Below, in pieces: positions 1 through 12,300 of a DNA stretch of 64,000 nt. The notes below the pieces were generated by a model. It did no database searches, was not told the DNA's origin, and worked only from the letters and a program-made list of their open reading frames with translations. The stretch covers positions 1 through 64,000 of the forward strand of contig JAAPAO010000122.1 of assembly GCA_013115145.1 (NCBI GenBank), written 5' to 3'. The translations under genes and the position numbers were made by a program. Source of the stretch: Perkinsus chesapeaki ATCC PRA-425 (Eukaryota > Protista > Perkinsozoa). Numbering within the stretch: position 1 is the first letter of the stretch; every line of letters starts with the position of its first letter.

Positions 1-52
1 GCGCATCTGACTCCAGATCAGAAGGTTGTCCGTTCGAATCGGGCCGGGGTCA
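1..52 (+). tRNA. trnW: tRNA-Trp(CCA), 5' end cut off by the window edge
   Basis: Anticodon arm TCTGA-CTCCAGA-TCAGA (anticodon CCA), variable loop AGGTT, T arm GTCCG-TTCGAAT-CGGGC and 3' acceptor strand CGGGGTCA. This matches the typical eukaryotic cytosolic tRNA-Trp 3' two-thirds. Confidence 0.93.
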
Positions 53-185
53 TGTCATTTAGCAAAAACTATCGGACTAAAGACCAACCTGTCGGACGCC
101 ATCCGAGTCGCATGACCTGACCACTCTTCTCTGACCTTGCTCCAGAAATTGAACCGATTTAGCCTACTATATCACATTTGTGCAG

Positions 186-742
186 GTCTCCAGTATGTTT
201 CGAGAAACTCGAGATTGCCGACTACTTCCTCATTGTGCATACTCTGAAAGAAGAAATATGTCTCTTGTCATCGGCATTGATCCTATCGAGGCTCGGATCA
301 TCGATCCTCTATCCGTGCCGCTGTCAACACAAGAGTCACACAAGTTGTCATCGGTGTCTTATGCCGCTGAATGCCTCCCCTTAGCAGATATTCTAAAAGC
401 AACAGACTCGCAGACGGTGGACGTAAGTGTTGATTGGTATTGACTCCTGCGACTTCCCCGTTCGACACCTCGCGTTCGAGCGGCTGGAACGGTCTAAGGT
501 CGCACGTATTCTCGCAGGTACTCTTTCTCGATGCTGAAGGTAGTGAGGTAGCAATTCTCGACAGCTACAATTTTTCGGCGCAGCCCAAGATTCGCGTGAT
601 CGTGGTGGAAGCTAGCGACCCGAGAAAATACGTCGAACTTGAGCAGATCTTCTACAGAAATGGCTACGTGAAAACCGCAGTTCTCGGAGGCGATTGGGTT
701 TTTGCCAAGCTTGAAGACAGTGCCCACGTCACCGCCGAATGA
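186..742 (+). CDS. FkbM-family (Methyltransf_21) SAM-dependent methyltransferase, 3' exons only (186-422, 518-742)
   Basis: A phase-0 GTAAGT..CGCAG intron (423-517) joins AECLPLADILKATDSQTVD to VLFLDAEGSEVAILDSYNF..KIRVIVVE..FYRNGY..GDWVF, which follows the FkbM pattern (D-x-L-x-L-D-x-E-G-x-E, VIxVE). The N-terminal motif was not found in the window. Confidence 0.72.
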
Positions 743-1156
743 GTGTGTTATCAACAGAATGACAGTGTCTGGTCGAGTTGCAGTGAGGCATACGCGGCGT
801 GAAACTCCCCTCTTTGCAAACATGGAATTCTTGCGGATAGTATCGTGCTGTTCTCTACAGCATTGTTATGACAGGAAATCAAGCTAAGCCTAGCTTTAGT
901 TTAACACAAAGTTGAGATGTTCGTACTCTGGGTGCTACTTTTAACACAACAAGGCAAATTGGAGACATATACCGTCTTGACGTTAAAGCGATTACGATTG
1001 ATATAATTAGAGTCAATAATTAATTCACTTGTCGTCGTCACCTCACTTTCGATACTATCACAAATCATAATGCAGTTCTACCATGCGGGGGACTTTGTAA
1101 TGGCTGCCATTGAAGTGGGAACAAATACATACTTTTTATTCGTCATAATAATGAAT

Positions 1157-2864
1157 TCATAGAGACTGTGAACTCATCGAGATGCACCACCCAGTGGAGC
1201 AACCAGGTCTGGATGAGCTCGGATCAGTTGGCCTATCAATACCTACGGGACGTCCATAATAATGACACGACAACACGGCAAGACTTACGTTGGCGAGGTC
1301 ACGTGAGTCGGGGTCAACACCTACAGACGTGGCCTCAAGAAGGGACTGCAGCATCTCAGCAGCCTCAGACCTATCACGCTGCACTGTAACCAGAGACTGT
1401 CGTCAAATACCATTACTTCGTAAGGTTAGACATATCCCAACTAGTATCAGCAGCAGGAGGAGTAGGAGAGGTCGGATTTGGTGACTTCGGTGTGGGACGC
1501 TGATACATTAACCATCTCCGAGAATGCGCCACATACTTTATGATAGCTACTTGGAGCTCCGAATAGCTCTTGCCCGAATGTGGGGTTACAAGGTGCCTAG
1601 GAATCTTAGGTGTGCCGCCATTCTTGAACAGTTCCACGTCTCTCGGTGATGTGGCGAAGCAAGGGGTGCGGGCCTGAGATGCTTACACCGCCTACCCTTG
1701 CTCAATAGCCGCTCACCATGCCCAGTATTTCAGTCGGGTCCACACTGAATAAACTACCCCGTCTGACAGGTACGCTCGGTACGGTCGATTGTAGGGATGA
1801 GGACGGCCCCGCAGATTCTAACAAGGCGTGCCCATGCCTGCTGAGAGCACCCATGACCTCACCGTCTCCGTCGCTGATAATACTGAGCACACTGTTTCGT
1901 CTATTATCTCGATACTCCTGTTCACTGGTGAACGACGAGCTAAGGCAGAGAACGTAGTCGGATCTCCAATAGCTCGTAACCTTAACCAATCGCCCTCCCC
2001 AGCAGAATCATCACTCTGTGTCACCATTCGTTCAAGACTGGACGTGTCGAATACTGGAATGATATGTGTAGAGGGTCGAGCTTCTTGCACACACTCGCCT
2101 GGTATGGCATCGCAGGACCTGGACAACCCGAGCTGCAGCGCGCCATCATCGCAGGCCTACTCGCTAACAAATGTGACAACACTGCTCCTTCTGACACGCG
2201 AGTGGGACTCCGAGGCGAATACAGTCCTTGTCTCGAGGGATGTAGGCACGCCTTCCTCCCCTTTGACTACACGGAAGGTCTGTTCATGAACAATATTAAC
2301 TACAACTTATGAACATCCTACTTCTGAAACGCTGCTCCGTCTCCTTGGTGAACAGATAGGCGGGGCGAGCAAGCTGCTGCTGCTGCTGCAGCCGAGTGTG
2401 CCTCTGAAAGACAGGATAACTAATGCACCGGAATCAGGGGCCCACCGTCTCTTGGTTATCCTAGAAGGAGTAGTCCCTGCGAGCTCTAGCTGGGAGGCAG
2501 ATTCCCCCTCGGAGCACCCTGTGTGAATGAGTAGCTTTGTCGATAGCAGTCTTCTTACTTGTGGATATCGATCCTCTTATTGACCCTCTTCTTTCTAGTA
2601 GATCGGGATGCTTCGCTAGTATCGACTAAAAAGCGGGTAATGTCTTGGAGGCACTTTTCCTACTAGGGATGATACTTTGAATGAAGCAGAAACCAACGTG
2701 GATGCAATGGGTACCTTGAGGGTCTCGTCATCATCCCGTGAGGATGCCCCTCGATGATAAGTCCTCATAATTAGAGACGCTAATGTGCGAGCAGCATCTA
2801 CACGGCTGCTGCTGCTATTAGTGTGTTGTTCACTGTAAGTTCCAGCTGCTGCCCTTGTCATCAT
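1157..2864 (-). CDS. Hypothetical multi-exon, Ser-rich protein; boundaries uncertain
   Basis: An ATG at 2864 opens MMTRAAAG..DDDETLK, and a GT-AG junction leads in phase to EKCLQDITRFLVDTSEASRSTRKKRVNKR. Further minus-strand ORF pieces lie at 1818-2126, 1413-1637 and 1157-1384. No family recognised. Confidence 0.35.
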
Positions 2865-3568
2865 CGACCCAAGACTTCTGGTATATTAAAATGATTTAAT
2901 TGACTTCTAATCAACTAAACACCATACCTTCACTGAATTACAATAATTCATTCGCGGCGGAGCAATCCAGAGTTTTTTCCGAGCGCAGGCAGCGCTTTGC
3001 GGGCAGCGCAGAGCATATGCCCCCTTCTGGTAGGTTCTCCGAGCCTGGGCGGGCGCGAGACCGCTTCAAGTAGCGGCCGCCGGGTCGCTTCTTGAAATTT
3101 TCTTACTGTCTCTCCTTGACGGACTTCTAAATCATAAGTTGTTCGTTATAATTCCTCTCGCAATAGCATTTGAGTAGAGTCCTCCCGTACTGAGTGGAAT
3201 CGCTTTTAGAAACCGTCTTTGTCGGAGTACCTTAGCTTGGTCTTTGTGTGATGTCATCTGTCTCCGCTGAGCAAGATTACTAGCACAAGCATAACACCAG
3301 GGCATAGAGATCTATAGGGAGGATATAGCAATGGAAACGATTTGAAATCTATACGCCAATCGTTCCCCGCACGAGGTGCCGTCCTTATTGCGGTTTTATC
3401 GTGGCGTAGAGCTACCTCCTCCTTGGAGCTTGTAGCATTGCCCTGTTCCTCAAGCCTAAGATCCGGGCTAGCTCTGTGGTGGATACAGTCTTAATGTCGC
3501 TCTTAAACCAGTATGTCGATCTCAACATGTCCAGTTGTTAGTATTTTTCAAATAGTAAAGTGCCCCAA

Positions 3569-4535
3569 ATGATGTCTGTTGCTGGTCGTCGTGTCGCGAG
3601 CTTGGCTAGTGTGCCAGCTTTCCGCATGGGTTTGGTCCGTTGCTTCGCATCCGCCAGCGGACCCTTCCAGTGCCCCCCTCTCCCCTATGCCAAGAATGCC
3701 CTCGAGCCCCACATGTCAGCTGAGACACTTACCTACCATCATGGTAAGACTGATACCTTATAGAGTCGCTTGGGCAACTGTGTTTTATTAGATAAACACC
3801 ATCAAACTTATGTTGACACTTTGAACAGCATCGCTGCCGAGAACTCGACTATTGCGAACAAGTCCTTAGAGGAAATTATTAAGACTGAGACTGGCAAGCC
3901 ATTCAATCAGGCCGCTCAGGTGAGTCCATCTTACTATTAGATTCATAGAGTGCCAGTGCAACAACCCGCTTAGATATTCAATCACACATTCTTCTTTAAC
4001 AACCTCGCACCTAACGGTGGTGGCGAGCCTACTGGAAAGATCGCTGGTCTTATCAACCGAGACTTCGGCAGCTTCGAGAAGTTTAAGGAGGAGTTCACCG
4101 CTGCCGCTGTCGGACATTTCGGCAGCGGTTGGGTGTGGCTCATTGCCGATGACGGCAAGCTGAAGATTGTAAGGGGGTTGCTCAATTGGTTTGGGGTCCC
4201 TAATGACAGCAAACTGGCCATTGTAATAGGCGGGTAGCGCCAGTCGCCAAGAAGGGCCACACCACGCCTATAGTAAGGAGTTTAGTACTATTTGTAGGTA
4301 CAAGGTCATGATGCCGGCACCCCTGTGAAGGAGAGCAAGGCGCCTCTTATGACCATTGATATCTGGGAGCATGCCTATTACATTGATTACAGGAACGCTA
4401 GAGCTCAGTAAGCAGCTCATCTGCTAATCTCTACCAGTCATTCCCTAACTTTTGTTTTCTAGGTATGTGAAGAACTACTGGAATCTGGTCAACTGGGACT
4501 TTGTCAACCAGAAGGTTACTGAGGCCGGACTCTAA
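3569..4535 (+). CDS. SOD1: Iron superoxide dismutase with mitochondrial-type presequence, 226 aa; exons 3569-3743, 3792-3919, 3974-4168, 4298-4407, 4463-4535
   Basis: Four GT-AG introns, all in phase. Metal ligands in YHHDKHH, AAQIFNHTF and [11 protein letters not shown], with the Fe-type AAQ signature. The Arg/Ser/Ala-rich, acid-free N-terminus is [28 protein letters not shown]. Confidence 0.95.
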
Positions 4536-5306
4536 GTTGCATCAGTTACGACCCTAAATGGTTCACTGCTGCGGCTACCTTCGGCACCCATTTGTCCTTG
4601 CTCGGATATTTATACCGCATAACCGATGACGACGACGCTGCTGGCATACTACCAGGCCGCATTGTTTTAGAGAGGCTGATAGACAATACCATTGCTGTGT
4701 GATGATCTTCATTGAGTGTAATCAGCAGTTTCCATTGTTGATCCATTTCTTACAGTTGTGCTTCAATTGGGTTTTGTCATCGGGTTGGCTGGCTCGCTCA
4801 ATTCTTGGGTTTGAGAATGAGGCTTCGGTAGAGCGAGATAACTCGGGGGCATGATGGTCTAATGCACTAGGAGAATGAGTGAAATGCGATCTTATTATGG
4901 ACTTTCAATATCGAACATCTCAAGTAGGTACGAAGTCTAGCTCAAGTCAACTTCAATCTAACTCTTATAACAAGTTGTCTATCTTCCTCGTAGAGCTTAG
5001 AGAAGAGCCTTTGCCATATGAACATTATGTCATCTTACAGATCTGAACGTGAATGGAGCCTCCAGCACCGAGAATATTGCACACGTCCGGATCCCTCTCT
5101 ATATTTCGTTCAACGCTCCACATTAGCTTTGCAGTACCTGTAGGTGTTGTGCTGCGCTGGGCTTGGTTACGACACAATTGTCCCAATGTTTTGTGTGTTA
5201 CTGTCTCCAGCTCGGAGCACTCCTTTAGGAATATCAGCTAATATATAGCAGTGGTTGATTGTTCATATTTCCTTAGCGTTGAGTAACTTCCGTACTCTCC
5301 ACTACA

Positions 5307-6122
5307 ATGTCTGGTCCTCATGTTCTCCCTCCTCTCCCCTGGGCTGAGAATGCCTTGGAGCCCCACATGTCCGCCGAGACCATTCAGTATCACTACGGTA
5401 GGCCTTAGCATCAGTGTGTTGGTCGTGGACGATTGCCGCCGTGTGTTTCAGGGAAGCACCACGCCACCTACGTAGCCAATCTTAATAAGATCTGCAACGA
5501 GGATAATGAAATAGCCAAGTTGAGCTTGGAGGAGATTATCAAGACCAAGAGCGGTGGAGTCTTTAATCAGGCTGCTCAGGTAGGGTTCAATTTCGTGGCG
5601 AAGTGACTCTAATCTCCTATTTAGACCTTCAATCACACCTTCTTCTGGAACAGCTTGTCCCCCAATGGCGGCAACGCCCCCACTGGAAAGATCGCTGAGC
5701 TTATCAACCGCGATTTCGGAAGCTTTGAGGAGTTCAAGAGCCAGTTCACCGCCGCAGCTGTCGGTCATTTCGGCAGCGGCTGGGCCTGGCTTGTTGCCGA
5801 TAACGGCAAACTCAAGGTTGTAAGTGTTCCCCTTCGGCGCTCGAGAGCTGCTCTGTGTTGTTGAAGTTGTTGTGGTGTGTAGGTTCAAGGCCATGACGCT
5901 GGTTGCCCGTTGAGGGATGGTCAGACGCCTATCCTCAACTGTGATGTATGGGAGCATGCCTATTACATTGATTACAGGAATGCTAGACCTAAGTAAGGGT
6001 GTGGTGGAACCGGCGGTTTTTATCGAGTTGTTGTTGCTGTTGAAATCAGGTATGTTGAGCACTTCTGGGAGATTGTTAACTGGGACTTTGCCAACAAGAA
6101 CGTCGTCGAGGCCGGTCTTTAA
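5307..6122 (+). CDS. Second iron superoxide dismutase without an N-terminal extension (probably cytosolic), 198 aa; exons 5307-5397, 5452-5579, 5625-5819, 5883-5992, 6050-6122
   Basis: Translates to [62 protein letters not shown]. Four introns are at the same positions as in the upstream SOD. Confidence 0.93.
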
Positions 6123-6388
6123 ATGAGACGGTCGTTGAGCAGGGCAAATTGTTGATGCTGTTAACCCGTCAGAAGAGCATACTGATCGCCTTCTGTTGTT
6201 TTTTGCCAATACGGTTGTGAGCAGTTTCGTCGTATGATGGATTGATGGTGGTGGAATAATGAGACTTATTTATTATCTTCATTTGTTGTTTAGTCGTCAA
6301 TACTCATGGAGAGGAGGCTGTGGGGGTATTGGGAATGGTAGGAAGCAGCTGTTGGCTCGCAGTTCGTTCTGATGCCAACAGAGCCGTC

Positions 6389-9300
6389 ATGAATCTTAAA
6401 AACATCTTATGGGCGCTCCTTATACAGTTTTGCAATCGAAGTGTTGAGGCCACCAACTCGAGTGTTGGCAATGAAACAGAAATATTGGGCAATGATATCG
6501 ATAAAAACAGTCTCATGCAATCGGTCGCGAACTCCACGACGATGCTGCTGCCGAATTCTACTGTCCTAGTCAACTCAACGGTTCCGGCCAACTCAACGGT
6601 TCCGGCCAACTCAACGGTTCCGGCTAACTCAACAGTTCCGGCCAACTCAACGGTTCCGGCCAACTCAACGGTTCCGGCTAACTCAACAGTTCCGGCCAAC
6701 TTTACGTATTCAGTGAACTCGACGGTGCTCTTGGTAGTTCGGGCTAATGGATGATATGATGGTAGTCAAAGAGTTATTCAGGAAAACCAATCACAACAGA
6801 ACGCATCTGCTGGCCAGGAGAGGAGACGGCTTGCGGAGATTGACACTACCACATCAGGCTGGATGGTATCGACTAAGGCGCGAAACTTAGATGCTTTAGC
6901 CAGTAGCATGTTCGCCGCTCGCACGAGAGCCTTTGTATAGCGCTCACTTTATTATAGTGGAGCCATTAGCAATACGTTTACAGTAAACGTATACCAATAC
7001 CGATATAAAATATAACAACCATTCTTGACGGTTTCCGTGGCCTACTAAGCTTACTCAGTGTAGTTCTTTTGTAGTTCCCTTCAACCACTTCTGTAAGATT
7101 AACGGATGAGCTTGGTGGTGTATCAACCGGCAGCTCATTGATACTGATGGCTGGGGTCCTTTATACTAAAGTGAGGGGGTAGAGGAGGAGGAGGAGGGGG
7201 AGGATGCACATGCTGATCCGGCATTGTCCAGATGCCAGGTTGAGATACATGCTACTGGGGGTTACGAATTCACCACACAGTATCATCCGACACCAGCGCT
7301 CAAGATGGTCCTGGCAGTGACGGATAGGACTAGGTCAGTTCGGGATTCGTGAAAGGCTTGTGGTGTCCCTATCCTGTTGGTAGTGCAGCAAGGCGTTTAG
7401 TGGTCCATTAAGCGCTATCGGGGACCCTCTATAGATGCATGCCTTACCTCTCGATAGGTGTAAGCTTGTATATTTTGAAATAAAAGCATGATCTTTATGT
7501 CGTTATAAAGTCGGCTTCGTTTATTGGACGTGACAAGAGTCTTGGAAGTACCATTTAGTTAGAGTCTTCTGAGCTTGCTGCCTCTCCAGCCATTCGTGAT
7601 CAGATGCAATGAGCTGCAATACGAGACAACCGTGGCCAAAGTTGACAGTGTGAATTCGAGTGACCTAGCTCGACCAACCCGGCTCTATCAAGGTAGTGGT
7701 GGCACCGCTGTCCTTCAAGGAGCTCATGGATGGCTCAGTCTCCACAGTGGACCAAGGGCTGCTGGAGACGCAGTTGGCGAGGGTGATGTTCCAGCATGGA
7801 GGCGTGTTCAAGTTGTGTTATACCCCAGATGGTAGTAGCTATGCGGTAAGGCTCGGGACTGGGGCTGGCTTAGGGACTTTCAGCGAGGCTGATGGCGGTG
7901 GACGCTTCAACAACGTATTGAATGTAAGCATGATAGTATATGGGTTGGCGAGCGGTTGTAAAACGGACGGATGCATGGCTAAGCAACGATGGGACTGCTG
8001 GTTCAGGTGATAGGGGTTATTACGCTTCTGCTTGCCACGGAAAGCCGGGCAGTGTGTGACACACTGTGTGCCGTGAAAATTTCCGTCGCATAGTGTGGGA
8101 AGACTCACGCTGTCGTGTCTGGTAATCTGTACGTCGGTGTCTCAGCTACATGAACGAGATACCTACCGCAGCATGCTCGGTGGTGGTCACCAACGATCCG
8201 GCAGCGCTGGTTGACGGGCAGCCGGGCCGAGAGGGATGGTCTATGACAGCTGGAGGGTACCACGGAGGGAACGGGCGCGTTGGCCGGGTATGGAAATCAG
8301 GTCGAGTCGACTGTACTGGAGCGAGGCGTTTGAGTATCCTGATATTCATGACATGAACGGCACACTGAAAGCGGGGGCTGTTGAGAGCAGCAAAAGCTGT
8401 GCTACTACAGCACCAGATATGGTCTACATTCAATCACCGCCGACTACTGGTGAGGGCAATACCATGCTGGAGGTTGAGTAGCGGTGGTCCTAGAGACTCT
8501 GCGCTAGATATAGAAGCATACTCATTGCCTTATGGCTGCTTTTTTGATGAAACTAGTGAAACTAGCTTCACGCTGAAGCTTGATCATAGTAGCTACTCAT
8601 CGGCTTCACTCACAGAGCGGGTTTAAATGGCCGCTTTTCGTTTACTGGTCATCTTAGGTATGGAGCTCTTAACCACAAAGGCTGCAGTGCTGCCTACTCC
8701 GCGCAGTTCATCTCATAGTAGCTTTGCCTTTGCCGCTTGCTACTGCCCTAGTTACGGAGATTGTGACGACGCCTCTGAGTAGGGTTCAACGGCGCCAGTG
8801 AACTGAGGTTATTCTTGATTAGGTACACGCAGCAGGTCGGTGTGTTTTACATGTGGACCTTGAGGATATGCGACTTGGGCGATGAACGGCTGTGTACCCC
8901 TCGGTAGGGCTATGTTGGTCGGGGGTGAGGGGCATCTAAACTAGGTACATGAGATTCTTCCCACAGCAGAATTTTGCCCTCCGTGTCGACTGTCCGCCGG
9001 GTGCGGAGGGGTGCCTCAACATTGACACGGATCAGGTGGGCTTTCCATGACAAAAGGGCAGAGGAGGGTGCTTGAAAATAAAGCTCGACTTGTCAGTCTC
9101 GCATATCGTTTCTGGCTATGTCCGGCACACTACCGGAAGTTGTTCGGCAAGCAGCAGTGGACCCGACGCAGCTGGTCAAGGTGAGGGCCGGGGGTTGGGG
9201 AAATAACAAGAATTGATTTGGCGAGATTGGAACGCTCCTGGACCATGATGGATGTGGCCTTCTTCACGGAGCGCTGCAATTCCGGTACAGGAAGGCCTTC

Positions 9301-12300
9301 ACTAGGCAGAAATCTCGGAATTAGATCTTCCGCCCTCCCGCTGTAAGATTTCCTCACCAACGCATGGATGTATGGCAGGAGAAGATGAATTGGGATCCGA
9401 CACACGTATGCAAGACCACTGTAGAGAGCAGACTAGTGGTTATACGGGAGAAGGAGAATCTTAATGGTGGTCCGAGAAGGGACTACAGGTGAGTCATCGT
9501 CGAACAAGTGCTTGGAAAGGGTTACTAACTTCATCAGGGTTTGGGGGGAGTTCCTAAGGATACGAAGGACACTTAATCAGCGTGTTGCAGTGTGTATGTG
9601 TCAGCGGCAGTGCGATAGGAACTCTAACTGGTTTAAGGTAGGATGGCTCTTCTTATTAAAGAACAGCTGGATTGGTGAACTGTGAGGTTGCCAGGTCGGA
9701 GAGATCTCGACGCCTGTGGCAGTTGGGTTCAGCTTCAGGAGCAACACCAGTAGTAGTTACACTCAGCAGGGCGGGTAGGTTAATAGATTTATACTCTTGC
9801 TTTCGATCGCCTAGCTCAGGTACCAACCATATGGCGCATCCGTTTCGATAGTTAACGTGCCCGGAAAGCTTACTCTGTACTTTGGCAATACCTTGAACGC
9901 GGACACAGCCGATGCGGTAAGTCGATTGCACCGCCCGCTAGAATTGAGTCCGTTATTATTCCCGGGGACATACATCTCCCCGGGCGAGGGTTAAGGAGCT
10001 TACGCCGAAGAGAGTAGCGCAAGAAAGACACTGTGGTGGGTATTATAGTATGGAGTATTATCAGATTGCATTATCAGTATCAGTCCAGCATTACAGTACT
10101 AATAATATGTATTTATGGATACATTTTATCGACTAGTATAGTAGTTATTATTGTAGTTGCAATGAACATTAGAGGTTAACATCAGAACTTACTGTAGAAC
10201 TTTACACCTTTCCATTATATCACGATCGTTATCTGTATTTCAGTACGAGGCTCCTAAAGCTTCTCGCTCGGCCTTGGTCAACATCCTCTCCTTTGATCGA
10301 GATTTGCTCTACGGACCCGCCAATGCCCCAGGAGGCAGGAAGACGCTGGAAGGGTGAGGCCGTTCCCACAGCCTCCTAGATGAAGCTGCTGTTCGATGAC
10401 ATCAGGTACCTCGGACTTGATAGGGAAACCTCCTCGGACGCTCAGACCAAGCTGGATGAGATATGTGAACAGGAGCTCTACTCGCCGATAATTCGGGGGC
10501 CGGACTCAAAGCAAACAGCAAAGGAGTGAGGCGAGGGTCCGAGGAGGAGGAGGAGGCGTTTGAGCCATCGCTTCACTTGTTCAGCTACATTGCGCATGTC
10601 CCCTGGGGTACGGTCACCAACTACTTATCATTTGACGGTCAGTTGCACGACAAGGAGATCACGGTGCTAAAGTCTGGCGTCATCGGTGTGTGCTACTGTG
10701 CTGAGATAACGTCTTCCACAGAGTGCGCGGATCAATCGTGGATCTTCACTGGTCGAATGCTAATCCGAGGCCCGGTGGGTGGGCAGGTGTGGAACTTCCC
10801 GGTTGACGTCATTGTTGGTCTATCCTTGGACGGTTGGGGCCTGGACGAGTCTCGCGATTTCATCAGGATCGTGGGATCCTCAGAAAACTGCGAGCAAATT
10901 TCCGCTGCCAATCCTGAGCCATCCGGAATCACGACGATCCTCTTGGGCTGTCCGGCGGAGAACGGTGCTGGCTGTCGTGCAGCTACCGAGACGACCAACC
11001 TAGTGGGGCATTTACTGGGGTCACATGACACGGCAGGGGTCCACCTGCATGATATAGTTCCCGAGCCAACAAAGACGTTGCTCTCGTTCGATGGTGAACA
11101 TGGGCTGAGCGACGGGGACATGATACTAATAGAGGAAGAGACTCTTGAAATTTCAGGAAAGCTCAGCACGTTCTGGACGGAGAGTCAGAAATATGTAGGA
11201 TACGTGCTTCCAGAGGGCTCACCGTGCAGGGCTTTTCTGTGCAGGTTGGATCCCTCATAACTGGACAGACCCGGTTTCGAGACAACACCTCTGTGAGCTA
11301 CCCAGTCGGCCACAGAGTAATGCTTGATCCAGCTAACCCGACCACACAAGTGTAAGCCCACTCCTTACGCGCCCAAAGCATCTAGCTCGGTGTTTGGCTT
11401 GCTGATCGGTATCACCATTTGGATGATTTCATCGTCTCAGTTATATCCCAGTAGCCATCCCTACTTGGCTCTCCACTGACTTCCTCAGCTTCAAGAGTCA
11501 GCTTGGTCGGTGGCGTAGAATATCGGAATGGAGCACTAAAGAGGAGATCAGGGCCACGGTCCCTTACTCGGGGGCTAAGGTCTGCTGGGCGACACGTCCG
11601 ACGGGTGGGTTGGGTTTTGCCATTGTCAATACCACCGTAATTCTCATTTCCGTAAGCTGCTAGGAAGCTTACTCTAGCTAATTGGTTCAGTTAGTCCCGA
11701 TTCAGCTACTTACCCTGTTCGCTTTACCAGGTTCCCACCTATCGTCTTTCATGATCACTGCCGGTACCATCAACTTTGTTGAGCCCCCAGAATTCCCTCA
11801 TGCCATGCTATCCCTCACAAGCACCAAAGCAGGAGCTGTGGCGCCTGTGATACTAACCTTCCAGGTAGGGATTGGGCCATCTCTGTAGCGTGACGGCATC
11901 TCCTATATACTTGTTGATCTGCCATGCTAGCTCGGTTGGTCTCTGTGATGTACGCGGCCCTGCATAGTTCAATATTCATGAAATCACACGCGTTAGTCAG
12001 CGCAAACACGAGGTGATGGACAAGAATGGAGCACCGCGTTAATTTATTCATGTCAGCAGCAGCAGCTTCAGCAGTTCCCGTAGAAACTCGATATTTCTCA
12101 TCCCTCACATTGTCCGTCAGCCTTTGGGTATTACGCCCTAAACGCCCTTCCGATCAGGCCGGCTCCTGGGAGTACAGTCTAAACGATGGTCCTATTACCC
12201 TAGTGCTGAGATTCCGTGACGTGGTCGATACCGTGACGCCGTTGCTGACGGGTAAGCGCTGGCATTCCGCAACGTAACTCTAGAAGGATGCTGTTAGCTG

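Noticed and set aside
5448-6209. 253-aa minus-strand ORF
   Set aside because: Antisense shadow of the second SOD gene, whose spliced plus-strand model is fully supported.
6304-6699. Minus-strand ORF with TVELAG repeats
   Set aside because: Reverse complement of the NSTVPA repeat; the plus strand has the signal peptide and splice sites.
9130-9405. Minus-strand ORF with a P-loop-like KSILVISPTPG
   Set aside because: No GK[ST], and it overlaps plausible plus-strand exons of the giant gene.
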